Below, piece by piece: positions 9,823 through 18,639 of a stretch of DNA of 43,621 nt. Below the pieces are notes generated by a model. The model saw nothing but the letters and a program-made list of their open reading frames with translations. It did no database searches and was not told the origin of the DNA. Numbering within the stretch: the stretch's first letter is position 1; each line of letters begins with the position of its first letter. This DNA comes from an uncultured Nitrososphaeria archaeon. Its GTDB lineage: Archaea > Thermoproteota > Nitrososphaeria_A > Caldarchaeales > Wolframiiraptoraceae. The stretch is from positions 1 through 43,621 of the forward strand of contig CAZILE010000001.1 of NCBI GenBank assembly GCA_964540045.1. Direction: 5' to 3'. Made by a program: the position numbers and the translations under genes.

Positions 9823-10800
9823 CTCCTCTCTAGCCCTCTTAGCGGCTTCCACCATGTTTCTAAGCTTGGCTAGAGCTATATCCCTCTTCAATCTCTTAAG
9901 CCCGCAGTCTGGCTTCACGTAAAGCCTCTCCGGAGGCACGACCTCCAATCCCCTCCAAATCCCTTCAACTATCTCCTCAACAGGCTCCACCCTCGAGCTA
10001 TGCACATCAATTACTCCCAGCGCTAGCTCCTTGTCAAAAGAGTATTCTTTCAGCAAGTCAAGTAGCTTGTAATTGCTGTTCTTCGTCTCGAAATCCAGCT
10101 GATCTAGAGGGAAGTCCAAGATCTCAGGAAAGAGCCGCTCAAGCTTTCCATAGCAGATATGAGTTATTCTCTTCACGCTCAAGCCTCCAAGCATTATCTC
10201 AAATGCTTCTCCAGCAATCTCAACATCATGCTTCTCTGCTCGAGTCGAGAGGGCTGGTTCATCAATCTGAATATGGGTTGCACCCGCTCTGACTAAGGCT
10301 TCTATCTCTTTTTTCAAGGCTTCGGCCAAGTCGAGTATCGCCCTCCTCATGTCTCCGTAAAATCTGTCAAAGCTCCAGGAATACAGGGTATATGGGCCGG
10401 TTAAGGTTATTTTCATGGGTCTCCCTCTAGCAAGGCTTGAGGCATACTTCCAGTCATCAACCACTATCTCATGCCTCCACTCAACTTTCCCAGCTATCAC
10501 GGGTTTTCTGAAATAGACATTATCGAATATCCTGACAGGATCGCTTATTTCGAATCCGCCGAGCTCTTCCGCGAAGAAAACGGCCATATCTTCTCTCCTT
10601 TGCTCTCCATCCGCGAGTATATCTAGTCCTACGCTAAGATAGTCCTCAATGGCCTTACGTACCGCCTCCCTTACCAGCGACTCGTATTCGGTTTCTCTGA
10701 CGCCCTTCTTTCTCAGCTGAAAAGCTTTCAACGCTTCTGGAAAGTATGGGTAACTTCCGACGACCGTAGTTCTGAGCTTATCTGGAAGCTTGTAGTTCAC
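9814..10800 (-). CDS. metE: Cobalamin-independent methionine synthase, catalytic (MetE C-terminal-like) subunit
   Basis: UROD/MetE-like fold signatures, with zinc ligand contexts ITHICYG and VKPDCGLKRL. Confidence 0.85.
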   Translation of the reverse strand: MNYKLPDKLRTTVVGSYPYFPEALKAFQLRKKGVRETEYESLVREAVRKAIEDYLSVGLDILADGEQRREDMAVFFAEELGGFEISDPVRIFDNVYFRKPVIAGKVEWRHEIVVDDWKYASSLARGRPMKITLTGPYTLYSWSFDRFYGDMRRAILDLAEALKKEIEALVRAGATHIQIDEPALSTRAEKHDVEIAGEAFEIMLGGLSVKRITHICYGKLERLFPEILDFPLDQLDFETKNSNYKLLDLLKEYSFDKELALGVIDVHSSRVEPVEEIVEGIWRGLEVVPPERLYVKPDCGLKRLKRDIALAKLRNMVEAAKRAREELA

Positions 10801-11786
10801 CCAAACCTCACCTCCGCCTCCGCCAGAACCCTTCCCAAGGTGTCAAGCTTCTTAACCGCCTCATTAAACGGGAGGTAATCGAGCCAAGAGCTGGTTGAGA
10901 AGATTAGAGTTTCAGGAGAAATCGAGTCAAACATGGAGCTAACCCAATAGACTATCTCCCTAGGGTCCTCTGGGAATATACTCCGAGAGTCAATCACCCC
11001 GAGGCTGAGAAGCCTTCGATCAAATCCATGTTCCAGTAAAGCTTCCTTCGCTGCTTCCACCGTTGATCTCAAGTCTAAGTGGAGACCGGCTTTCACCTCG
11101 AGCAGTAGCGAGTATTTCTCCGGATCTAGGTTAAAGTAGGTTGCTACAATGATATTATCGCTTGAAAATCTCACCCTTGATAGAAGCTCGTTCACCATCT
11201 CGATCCCCCTAAGCCTATCCGCGCGGCCAAGCTCGGGATCAACAAGCGAAGGTTCATCAACTTGGATGAAGTCAGCGACCTCTCCTAAAGCGTCGATCTC
11301 AGATTTCAGAGCCTCGATCAAATCGCTTATCAGCAGATCCTCGGAGCTATAGAACAAGTTTTCAGAGAGCTTTAGGAAAGTGTAGGGGCCTGGAACCACC
11401 GCCTTTACGAGACTCGAAGTATATCGCCTTACTGCTCGCACCTCATCCACCGTTACCGGCCCGCTCCACCTAATTTGACCGACTATCGCTGGACATCGAT
11501 AATAGAAATTATTATCAAAGAATCTTAGAAGCCTTCTCGGCTCAAGTCCGGAAAACCTCGTGGCAAAGGGTCTCAAGAGATCATGCCAGGTCAACAGCCC
11601 GCTCGTTATGAGAGTCAGTCCGGTATTCTCTTGCAATTTCACGATCTCCAGAGTGGAGCTCTCTAAGACTTTCTCGAACTCCTTTTCTCCAATCTTCCCG
11701 GCGTTAAGATCATCTAACGCCCTCCTGAGAGCTGGAGGTCTTGGGAAGCTTCCGCAAATTCCAGCGAGAATCCTCATACTGGTCAA
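10797..11786 (-). CDS. MetE N-terminal-domain-like protein (non-catalytic paralogue, split MetE)
   Basis: Paralogous to the downstream metE ORF with a 4-bp start/stop overlap. It lacks the HxC and DCGL zinc ligands (STSSWLDYLP at the equivalent site). Confidence 0.7.
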   Translation of the reverse strand: MTSMRILAGICGSFPRPPALRRALDDLNAGKIGEKEFEKVLESSTLEIVKLQENTGLTLITSGLLTWHDLLRPFATRFSGLEPRRLLRFFDNNFYYRCPAIVGQIRWSGPVTVDEVRAVRRYTSSLVKAVVPGPYTFLKLSENLFYSSEDLLISDLIEALKSEIDALGEVADFIQVDEPSLVDPELGRADRLRGIEMVNELLSRVRFSSDNIIVATYFNLDPEKYSLLLEVKAGLHLDLRSTVEAAKEALLEHGFDRRLLSLGVIDSRSIFPEDPREIVYWVSSMFDSISPETLIFSTSSWLDYLPFNEAVKKLDTLGRVLAEAEVRFG

Positions 11787-11829
11787 TGATATGGTAAATG
11801 TCTAGAAGATAAATTCTATCCTTCTCCTC

Positions 11830-12936
11830 TTAGAATAAGGTTCTACGCTGAAGAGACTCAGGAGCCGGCTTTCCATAGATCGCTATGGGGTATCCACAGA
11901 ACTTGCATCGATTCTTCTCATCCAAATTCCATGAGAGGATGTTGAAGCCGTATCGTTCGATTACTGTTTGACCGCATTCGGGGCATATCGTGTTCTCGTG
12001 AGGGTGGCCTGGGACGTTACCGAGATAAACGTATCTTAATCCCTCCTCCTTGGCTACCTCATAATGCTTCTCAAGAGTCTTTACTGGGGTCGACGGTATA
12101 TCTAACATCAGGTAGTCGGGGTGGAATCTCAGAAAATGTATCGGAATATCTGGGCCGAGGTTATCGTAGATCCACCTCACGAGCCTCCTGGCTTGTTGCA
12201 GGTCATCGCCTACCCCAGGAACCACTAGGTCGGTTATCTCGATGTGCACCCTCGTCTTATCACGTAGCTCCAGAAGGGTCTCGAAGATGGGATCCGGGCT
12301 CGGAACGCTGCTGAACTTTCTGAGGAAATCCGGGTCTCCGTTGCCCTTGAAGTCCACAGTCGCCGCGTCGAGAAAATCCTTCGCTTCGTTCACGGACTCA
12401 GGGGTCCAGTAGCCATTAGTTACGAACACGTTAAACAAACCCTCTCTCCTGGCGATCACCCCGACATCATGAGCGAACTCCATGAAGATCGTCGGCTCAT
12501 TATAGGTATAGGCTATTCCATCGCTCCTATACCGCTTCGCCATCTTTACTACAAGCTCGGGTGAAACGTCGGCACCCTCAACCTTTCTCCTCTGACTAAT
12601 ATCGTAGTTCTGGCAGTATCTGCACGCCCAATTACATCCGGTGGTGGCGATTGAGAAGACCCTCGATCCCGGTGCGAAGTGCATCACCGGCTTCTTCTCA
12701 ATCGGATCGACGTGAGCAGCTATTATCTTCCCATAAACAAACAAGTATAGGGTTCCATCAACATTTCCTCTAATACCACAGAAGCCCGTCTGCCCCGGCT
12801 TGAGTCTACAATATCTAGGACAGGCTTTACAGACCACGACTTTCTCGTCAAGCCTTTCGTAAAGCCTCGCAGGCTTTCCAGAAACCATTTTAGAATCTCC
12901 ACTAACATAGGTTAGAGCCGATTCCATTATAAGCAT
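11830..12936 (-). CDS. amrS: AmmeMemoRadiSam-system radical SAM enzyme (PflA-like activase family)
   Basis: CNWACRYCQNYDIS (CxxxCxxC) cluster motif. N-terminal CKACPRYC and C-terminal CPECG..CKFCG zinc-ribbon features typical of this family. Confidence 0.8.
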   Translation of the reverse strand: MLIMESALTYVSGDSKMVSGKPARLYERLDEKVVVCKACPRYCRLKPGQTGFCGIRGNVDGTLYLFVYGKIIAAHVDPIEKKPVMHFAPGSRVFSIATTGCNWACRYCQNYDISQRRKVEGADVSPELVVKMAKRYRSDGIAYTYNEPTIFMEFAHDVGVIARREGLFNVFVTNGYWTPESVNEAKDFLDAATVDFKGNGDPDFLRKFSSVPSPDPIFETLLELRDKTRVHIEITDLVVPGVGDDLQQARRLVRWIYDNLGPDIPIHFLRFHPDYLMLDIPSTPVKTLEKHYEVAKEEGLRYVYLGNVPGHPHENTICPECGQTVIERYGFNILSWNLDEKNRCKFCGYPIAIYGKPAPESLQRRTLF

Positions 12937-12978
12937 GTACCCTAGTGGAATATTTCTTATTCGGGGAAGAGCTGGTTC

Positions 12979-13398
12979 ATGAGAGGAGTCTACCTCCTTT
13001 TCCTGAGGGTTGTAAAGGACTTTGATGTAAGGGTCGGCGGACTTGGATCAATAAACTTCGAGAGAGGATTGTATGTTTACGTCGGCTCTGCTCAAAACAA
13101 TCTCGAGAAGCGAGTTCTGAGGCATAGGACTAGAGAGAAGAAGCTCAGGTGGCATATCGACTACCTGACCGCGAGCGAAAATGTGAAGGTTATCGCGGCA
13201 TATGCCTATCCTCTGCCTAAGAAGTATGAGTGCATTATAGCAAGGAAACTTTCTGAAATTTGCCTGAGAAGCATTAAGGGCTTCGGAACGTCTGACTGCA
13301 GATGTGTAAGTCACCTCTTCCGAACCGCAGGAGACTTGGAAAACGTGTGCAAGAGGATCTCTGAGAGCATTAGAGGAGAGCCGCGTAGAGTGTTCTAG
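12979..13398 (+). CDS. DUF123 (GIY-YIG/Uri-like) domain protein
   Basis: GVYLLFL...GLYVYVGSAQNNLEKRVLRH...LRWHIDYL matches the DUF123 signature. Confidence 0.75.
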   Translation: MRGVYLLFLRVVKDFDVRVGGLGSINFERGLYVYVGSAQNNLEKRVLRHRTREKKLRWHIDYLTASENVKVIAAYAYPLPKKYECIIARKLSEICLRSIKGFGTSDCRCVSHLFRTAGDLENVCKRISESIRGEPRRVF

Positions 13399-13682
13399 CC
13401 TCTTCTTCGCCGGGACTTTCTCTCGCTCCCATTTCCGATTTTCTGGACTATTATCCTCGAGGAGCTGACATCAACTGAGATCATCAGCTCATCTCCTTCC
13501 CTAAATGGAAACTGGCTGTCATGAGCGACCTTCGATGGAATGTGTATATAGTAATATTCATTTCCGCTCACGTGAACCTTCTTCCTCAGATGGCTCTTCG
13601 CTTTCAGCACAGTCTCGCCCCCCGCACTTACTTTGGGGATAAGTTTCTGATATAAGAATTGTGGGTAAAAAGCCTTATCCAA
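13395..13682 (-). CDS. Possible AbrB/SpoVT-like small DNA-binding protein
   Basis: IHIPSKVAHDSQFPFREGDELMISVDVSSSRIIVQKI resembles a swapped-hairpin AbrB module, with a basic tail. The only available start is non-ATG (TTG), so this is weakly supported. Confidence 0.35.
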   Translation of the reverse strand: MDKAFYPQFLYQKLIPKVSAGGETVLKAKSHLRKKVHVSGNEYYYIHIPSKVAHDSQFPFREGDELMISVDVSSSRIIVQKIGNGSERKSRRRRG

Positions 13683-13761
13683 ACGTCAACAAGGAGCATT
13701 AAAGCTTTCTGATTAAGCTTTTTATTCTCGAGAAAGACATAGTAAATTTAAGCTTGAGATC

Positions 13762-13980
13762 ATGGGACGCGTAAAGACCCGGAAGGTTAAGGTGCTAGCG
13801 AAAGAAGTCATGGAGAAGTTTCCTGAGAGGATTTCGGCGGACTTCGAGCTTAATAAGCGGCTAGTAGGCGAGGTTCTCTCAGGTCAGGTCTCTAAGAAGC
13901 TGAGGAATCAGGTCGCTGGCTATATAACTAGGGTCGTTAGGAAGGAACTGGAGGAGGCTGAAGAGGCCGAGGCGACTTAA
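13762..13980 (+). CDS. rps17e: 30S ribosomal protein S17e (eS17)
   Basis: MGRVKTRKVKVLAKEVMEKFPERISADFELNK is the canonical eS17 N-terminus. Length 72 aa. Confidence 0.9.
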   Translation: MGRVKTRKVKVLAKEVMEKFPERISADFELNKRLVGEVLSGQVSKKLRNQVAGYITRVVRKELEEAEEAEAT

Positions 13981-14027
13981 AAAGAGGGGCGGTTAAGATA
14001 AATATCTCGATAAGACAGGTTTATTAG

Positions 14028-14086
14028 CCCGATGATGAGGATTGACCTGCTCGGAGTTTGATGAGGAACATGCACCTCCCTGAGGG
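14028..14086 (+). ncRNA. Candidate C/D-box sRNA (unverified)
   Basis: CCC-G-AUGAUGA (14032-14038), 12 nt, degenerate D' UCGG, 4 nt, UGAUGA (14059-14064), 15 nt, CUGA (14080-14083), then GGG. About 59 nt with a CCC/GGG terminal stem. It overlaps the possible 5' end of the next ORF. The D' box is poor and the second spacer is long. Confidence 0.25.
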
Positions 14087-14372
14087 AATTATTGAGCAAC
14101 ATAAGATCTCAATCAAGATTTTAGGTCCTTTGAAAGAAATTTCCGAGAGCAGTGTCTTCGAGGTGACCGCTCGTAAGGGCGAGAACATCTTGGACATCTT
14201 GAAGAAGCTTCCGGCGGAGCTTAGAGGGAGGATAATTAAGGATGATGAAATTTCTCCTGATCTTCTCGTGCTCGTTGATGGGGTTGAAGCATCTTGTTTA
14301 GGGCGCCTCGAGGAGGTATCCGTCAACGATGTTAAGGAAATTATTCTAATCCCAGTTATTCATGGAGGATAG
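14058..14372 (+). CDS. Urm1/SAMP-type ubiquitin-like beta-grasp protein ending in Gly-Gly
   Basis: C-terminus PDLLVLVDGVEASCLGRLEEVSVNDVKEIILIPVIHGG-stop parallels eukaryotic Urm1 (..GILVLINDADWELLG...FISTLHGG). Start uncertain (TTG 14058, ATG 14061 or ATG 14070). Confidence 0.75.
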   Translation: MMRNMHLPEGIIEQHKISIKILGPLKEISESSVFEVTARKGENILDILKKLPAELRGRIIKDDEISPDLLVLVDGVEASCLGRLEEVSVNDVKEIILIPVIHGG

Positions 14373-14378
14373 GGGTTC

Positions 14379-14945
14379 TTGAGCCTCATCAACTTCAGTG
14401 ATAAATGGGTTGCCGCCTCAGTTCGCAAAAACCCTAGGAAAGAGTTTCTCGAGAATCCGGTTGCTTTCCTCGATAAGCTGAGAGAAGCAAATAAGCAGGC
14501 GGTTATCCAAGTTTTTGATGCTAGATGCGTGATCTCGGTTAGGCAGATTCATGCAACAGCAGTCGCAACCTACTTGGCGTTCAAGGCCGGCACGAATGTC
14601 TCCAAAAAGTTTGAGATAGAGCTTCTAGTTAGGTTGGCTGCGGATACTCAGATAGGGAGAACCCTTGATAGGCTTGGGGTGGACCCTGAAACTAGGGAGA
14701 TTGGATGCTGTGTGATGGTCGATGGCAAAGACTTAGCCCTCAAAATATCTAGAGACCTCTTTCAGTTAGTTGGAGGAGATGATATGAGCGAGAGCGAGCT
14801 GAAGGAGGAGCGTAGGTTAAGGGAGGCCATGAAGTTTTATGGAATAACTGAGAAGGAGGTCGAATCTGTTCAAGCGCAAACCAGAGCCGAGGCCGTTCTC
14901 CTCCTGATCCTAGAGCGGATTGCGACACTAGACCTAAAGAGGTAA
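14379..14945 (+). CDS. cgi121: KEOPS complex subunit Cgi121
   Basis: IQVFDARCVISVRQIHATAVATYLAFKAGTNVSKKFEIELLVRLAADTQIGRTLDRLGV matches the Cgi121/TPRKB core pattern. TTG start. Confidence 0.6.
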   Translation: MSLINFSDKWVAASVRKNPRKEFLENPVAFLDKLREANKQAVIQVFDARCVISVRQIHATAVATYLAFKAGTNVSKKFEIELLVRLAADTQIGRTLDRLGVDPETREIGCCVMVDGKDLALKISRDLFQLVGGDDMSESELKEERRLREAMKFYGITEKEVESVQAQTRAEAVLLLILERIATLDLKR

Positions 14946-14948
14946 AGA

Positions 14949-15356
14949 TCATGCTCTAGACCTACTAATAGTAAGCTTTGCGAGCCTGTCGGCTTCCTGG
15001 TTCGCCTCTCTCTTAACGTGTTTGACCTCGAACTTCCTGAACGATTGAGAGAGTTTGATTAGCTTCCTGTAGAGCGGTTTAAGCCTGTTGCTTCGCACGG
15101 TATACTCGCCGTTAAGCTGTTTCACGAGAAGCTCGCTGTCAGAGAATAGTTCTACCTCAACTGCTCCGAGCTTTGAGACCTCCTTAAGCGCCTCAATTGC
15201 AGCGATATACTCCGCTTCGTTGTTCGTCTTTATGCCTATCGGCTTGGATGCCTTAAAGACCAGATGACCATGCTCGTCGAATATCAGATATCCTATACCG
15301 GCTTGTCCCGGGTTCCCTTTAGAGCATCCATCCGAGAAAACCTTTAGCTTCTTCAA
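14949..15356 (-). CDS. rnhA: Ribonuclease HI (type 1 RNase H)
   Basis: DEDD catalytic contexts FSDGCSKGNPG, NNEAEYIAAIEAL, FSDSELLV, NQEADRLAK. 4-bp overlap with rpl10e. Confidence 0.85.
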   Translation of the reverse strand: MKKLKVFSDGCSKGNPGQAGIGYLIFDEHGHLVFKASKPIGIKTNNEAEYIAAIEALKEVSKLGAVEVELFSDSELLVKQLNGEYTVRSNRLKPLYRKLIKLSQSFRKFEVKHVKREANQEADRLAKLTISRSRA

Positions 15357-15859
15357 GCCGCCTTCTTCTCAAGTTTTCTTATAACAATTTGATAGCTTTT
15401 CGGAAGCTTCTTGGATGCGAGGTCAAGAGCTCTTTTAGCGGCTTGAAGACCATTCTCGTTAACCAGAACCCTGAAGACCGGCGACCCTCTTAAAACCCTA
15501 GCGGCCCTTCCAACGGGCTTTCCGAAGGCTCTTCGCATACCTTCTTGAAGTCTGTCGGCATGAGCGCCGAATATCATCTTATTTTCCCTTAAGACATGAT
15601 GTGGATGAGCTTTAAGTTCGGCGTAGAATCCCTCATTTCCGAGAGCCGAGGATAAAGATTTGCTTAAAGCGATCCTCGCGGACTCAAGGGAGACATCTCT
15701 TATCTGCATATTCTCCTTTGCGATGAGAAGAAGCTCATATTGATAGTCATCCGAATACTTGCCCATGTTATATTTCGCTATCCGTGGCTGAGGAGCACCC
15801 GCGATATAGTCGGCTCGCGTATATGGCCTTTCAGGTACTCGCCAATTCTTCGCTTTCAT
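15353..15859 (-). CDS. rpl10e: 50S ribosomal protein L10e (uL16)
   Basis: N-terminus WRVPERPYTRADYIAGAPQPRIAKYNMG is canonical for L10e. Confidence 0.9.
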   Translation of the reverse strand: MKAKNWRVPERPYTRADYIAGAPQPRIAKYNMGKYSDDYQYELLLIAKENMQIRDVSLESARIALSKSLSSALGNEGFYAELKAHPHHVLRENKMIFGAHADRLQEGMRRAFGKPVGRAARVLRGSPVFRVLVNENGLQAAKRALDLASKKLPKSYQIVIRKLEKKAA

Positions 15860-15883
15860 TCTGAAGCTGAGATGAGGAGCTAC

Positions 15884-16663
15884 TTAATTAGGCTTCCCAT
15901 TAGGATCAAGGATTTCGGCGAGCGAAAGGAGTTCGCTGGGGGTAAGCTGGAAAATCCTCCTAGGTAATAGCCGCTCTGGAATAGACCTAAAAGTATTCTC
16001 ATCGATCACGTCTTCCCTGAGCATATCGCTTAAAACCCTTCTGAGAACCTGCCTCCTCCTGGTGAAAAGAGCCCTCCAAAGCTTTTTCCAAGATGCTTTC
16101 AGCTCCGGAGCATCGGCCCTTCGCTTCATCGAGACTATCACGGAGTCAACTTTCGGCGGAGGGTTAAAGAACCTTCTGGGAACGATTTCAAGTATCTTCG
16201 AGTCATAGAGCAGGCTTGATATCACCGAGATGTAAAGATATTTCGAGGAGCCTGGGCAGGCTACGAGTTTCGACGCGAATTCCTTCTGAAGAGTGAGAAC
16301 CATGAGCTCAGGCTTCGAGTCCATCAGCCACTCGATAAGCCTTGAAGAGATACTATAAGGTGGGTTCGAGACGACTTTATTAAATCCGGCCGGTTTTACC
16401 CTAAGCACGTCTCCGATAATCAGCTCTATGTTAGAATAAGCTTCAGCCAAGGCTTTGAGAGCTTCAGCGAGATCTTGATCTATTTCGACAGCTATAATCC
16501 TTCCAGCCTTTTCCGCGAGCCTCCTGGTAAGCTCCCCCCTTCCCGCGCCGACCTCAAGAACTACATCAGATTTGGAGAGCTGGGCATATTCTACAATTCT
16601 ATCCAGTACCTTATGATTTGAGAGGAAGTGTTGGCCGAGAGCCCTTCTCTTAGATCTCCTCAT
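15884..16663 (-). CDS. rsmA: 16S rRNA (adenine-N6,N6)-dimethyltransferase KsgA/Dim1
   Basis: LGQHFL, VLEVGAGRGELT (SAM motif I), VSNPPYSIS (motif IV). Confidence 0.9.
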   Translation of the reverse strand: MRRSKRRALGQHFLSNHKVLDRIVEYAQLSKSDVVLEVGAGRGELTRRLAEKAGRIIAVEIDQDLAEALKALAEAYSNIELIIGDVLRVKPAGFNKVVSNPPYSISSRLIEWLMDSKPELMVLTLQKEFASKLVACPGSSKYLYISVISSLLYDSKILEIVPRRFFNPPPKVDSVIVSMKRRADAPELKASWKKLWRALFTRRRQVLRRVLSDMLREDVIDENTFRSIPERLLPRRIFQLTPSELLSLAEILDPNGKPN

Positions 16664-17256
16664 ACCGCAGAAGCTCGGAAGATCGGGGTCCTGACAAAAA
16701 GCCTGTACTTTTCCTCAGGGTTGCTAAGCTCTTCGAGAATCCTTTGAGCGAGAGCTTTCACCGGATCTTGTATCCCTCCACGCTTCTTTAAGTCTTCATA
16801 ACTCTCAAAGGGCTTCACATTTCTTTCTTGGATTATCTTCATAGCGATCTTCTTCCCAACGCCCGGAATCAGTTCTAGGGAGTGCATTCTGGGGGTTACT
16901 GGCCTAGCGGAGTTGAAAAAGTCAACGAAGCGCTTCTCGTTCTCCTTAAGGATTTTCCTGACAGCAGCCTCTAAGTTCATCTTCGCATTAGGAGTTAGAT
17001 TTTGGTGGTTTATTCTCCTTAAAATTCTTAGGATGCTTCTCGGCACATCTTTTCCGATGTATATTCTGCTCCCGACAACGGGTTTATGATCCTTTGGAGC
17101 GGCTGCCTCTAGGAGCGTGAAAAACTCTTCTCCGAGTAGCTGAGCGACAAACTCATTTCTGTGAACAACTATGTTCGGTATCTGAGCTCTAATCTCAGAT
17201 GCTGGAAAAACGTCTAAGACGTATGCGAAGTCTTCATATTTTTTCTGTCTGACCAA
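16660..17256 (-). CDS. DUF655 family nucleic-acid-binding protein (OB + helix-hairpin-helix)
   Basis: YEDFAYVLDVFP N-terminus and LIPGVGKKIAMKII HhH. Conserved archaeal position between rpoF and ksgA. Confidence 0.75.
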   Translation of the reverse strand: MVRQKKYEDFAYVLDVFPASEIRAQIPNIVVHRNEFVAQLLGEEFFTLLEAAAPKDHKPVVGSRIYIGKDVPRSILRILRRINHQNLTPNAKMNLEAAVRKILKENEKRFVDFFNSARPVTPRMHSLELIPGVGKKIAMKIIQERNVKPFESYEDLKKRGGIQDPVKALAQRILEELSNPEEKYRLFVRTPIFRASAV

Positions 17257-17287
17257 TACCTATCACGTCCTAAATTTCATAGGAACA

Positions 17288-17635
17288 TTATTCTTCTCGA
17301 TATTTTTTGATGAGGTTGATGATGGCCTGGAGCTTCTCCTCCGAGAAAAGCAAGAATGGAACGAGCCTCTTGTAGCCGCCTAAAACCGCTCTGAGCTCCT
17401 CCACATGGGTTGGGCAGATATCCACTATCTGGGCGGCTTCCTCTCTGGTTAGCTCAAACTTCTCCATGAGCTCCTTAATCAAGGTCTCAGCTTTGTCAGC
17501 CGGAAGCTTGGAGTATTTTCTGACATAGTTTAAAACCCTTTGCTGTAAGGTGCTCAACTCAGCATCATTGTTACTAAAGATCCTTTCGACCTCAGGAAGC
17601 GATAACGGCGTGCGAGAGACTATTCTCCTTACCAT
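17288..17635 (-). CDS. rpoF: DNA-directed RNA polymerase subunit F (Rpo4)
   Basis: About 115 aa helical protein in the conserved rpl21e-rpoF-DUF655-ksgA gene order. Rpo4-like LSTLQQRVLNYVRKYSKL..AEKLIKEL pattern. Confidence 0.65.
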   Translation of the reverse strand: MVRRIVSRTPLSLPEVERIFSNNDAELSTLQQRVLNYVRKYSKLPADKAETLIKELMEKFELTREEAAQIVDICPTHVEELRAVLGGYKRLVPFLLFSEEKLQAIINLIKKYREE

Positions 17636-17641
17636 GGTTGA

Positions 17642-17935
17642 TCACGCACTCCACCTAGCTAGGTGGTCTGGACGTATTGTCAGCACCTTAAACTTCTCGC
17701 CGAGCTTAACTCTAACGAGATAGGCTCTCCCACGTCTCTCCAATATCTCGCCGATCTTACCCTGATACCTTCTATGAGGTGCGCCCTTATGTACCGAGGG
17801 ATTTATCTTTATAGCCACCTTATCACCGGGTTGAAACTCTTGAAGATAGATCTCGGGGTTAGGGCCCTGCCTACCTCCAGTAGGCCTTGTTAGCAGCCTC
17901 CTAGACTTATATCTAAATCCCTTAGAATCAGGCAT
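17642..17935 (-). CDS. rpl21e: 50S ribosomal protein L21e
   Basis: MPDSKGFRYKSRRLLTRP...GDKVAIKINPSVHKGAPHRRYQGKIG is canonical L21e. Confidence 0.9.
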   Translation of the reverse strand: MPDSKGFRYKSRRLLTRPTGGRQGPNPEIYLQEFQPGDKVAIKINPSVHKGAPHRRYQGKIGEILERRGRAYLVRVKLGEKFKVLTIRPDHLARWSA

Positions 17936-17985
17936 TTCTCCGGTTTTTCCTTAAACCTCCCAGCTTAAAACTTTTATTTCTGCTG

Positions 17986-18639
17986 TCAGGGTTGGAGGCC
18001 GACCTTATCCTTAACTCTTTTCAGAAAAGAACTCAAGGACCCAGTTATTTTATCTCCCCAATATTCTGGCTCCGTTAAGATCTCTTCGGAGGGCTCCGGC
18101 CGCCGCACCCTTCTGCTGATGTACTTGAGCTCCATTGTTTCAACACCTCTTAGGGTGCTTTCCAAAAGCTTCTGCCTCTGAATCCCGATCGAGACCGCTA
18201 CTTGGACAACTTGACCTTTAGAATTCACCCTGAAGACGCTGAACTTGAGGTCTTGAAGCTTCCTAGTCCGAGCATATTTCAGCGGATCTATGACGAGGGC
18301 GACAGCCTTTGGAAACATCTTCTGATACATCTTCTGAGTCTCCACATCTATCGCTGAGAGGAATATGCTGAAACCTGGATGAGAGTGATACCACCCAACT
18401 ATATACAATCCTGGCCTATTTCGGAGAACCCATTCAGCCGCAGCTGCGATCGTATCCTCTTCTAGGTAAACAAATCCCGGGGTCGATTTTTGATCTCCTG
18501 TAATCGCATCCCAGATCTCTAGAATATCACTTTTCTTCAAGTATTTTCCTATTAGAAGGCCTGCGACCTCCCTCTCTAGATCGTTTAACGTGTGCTTGAT
18601 TATCTTGCCTAAAGCCAACGGATATACTCTAGCTCTCAT
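17986..18639 (-). CDS. JAB1/MPN/Mov34 (JAMM) metalloisopeptidase, Rpn11-like
   Basis: Complete JAMM motif: E in LEREVAGLLIG, then GWYHSHPGFSIFLSAID (HxHx7Sx2D). Divergently transcribed from the ubiquitin-like gene. Confidence 0.9.
   Translation of the reverse strand: MRARVYPLALGKIIKHTLNDLEREVAGLLIGKYLKKSDILEIWDAITGDQKSTPGFVYLEEDTIAAAAEWVLRNRPGLYIVGWYHSHPGFSIFLSAIDVETQKMYQKMFPKAVALVIDPLKYARTRKLQDLKFSVFRVNSKGQVVQVAVSIGIQRQKLLESTLRGVETMELKYISRRVRRPEPSEEILTEPEYWGDKITGSLSSFLKRVKDKVGLQP

Noticed and set aside
14024-14326. 100-aa minus-strand ORF overlapping the Urm1-like gene.
   Set aside because: It is S/P/T-rich and low complexity, and it is antisense to an ORF with a clear Urm1-like C-terminus ending in GG.
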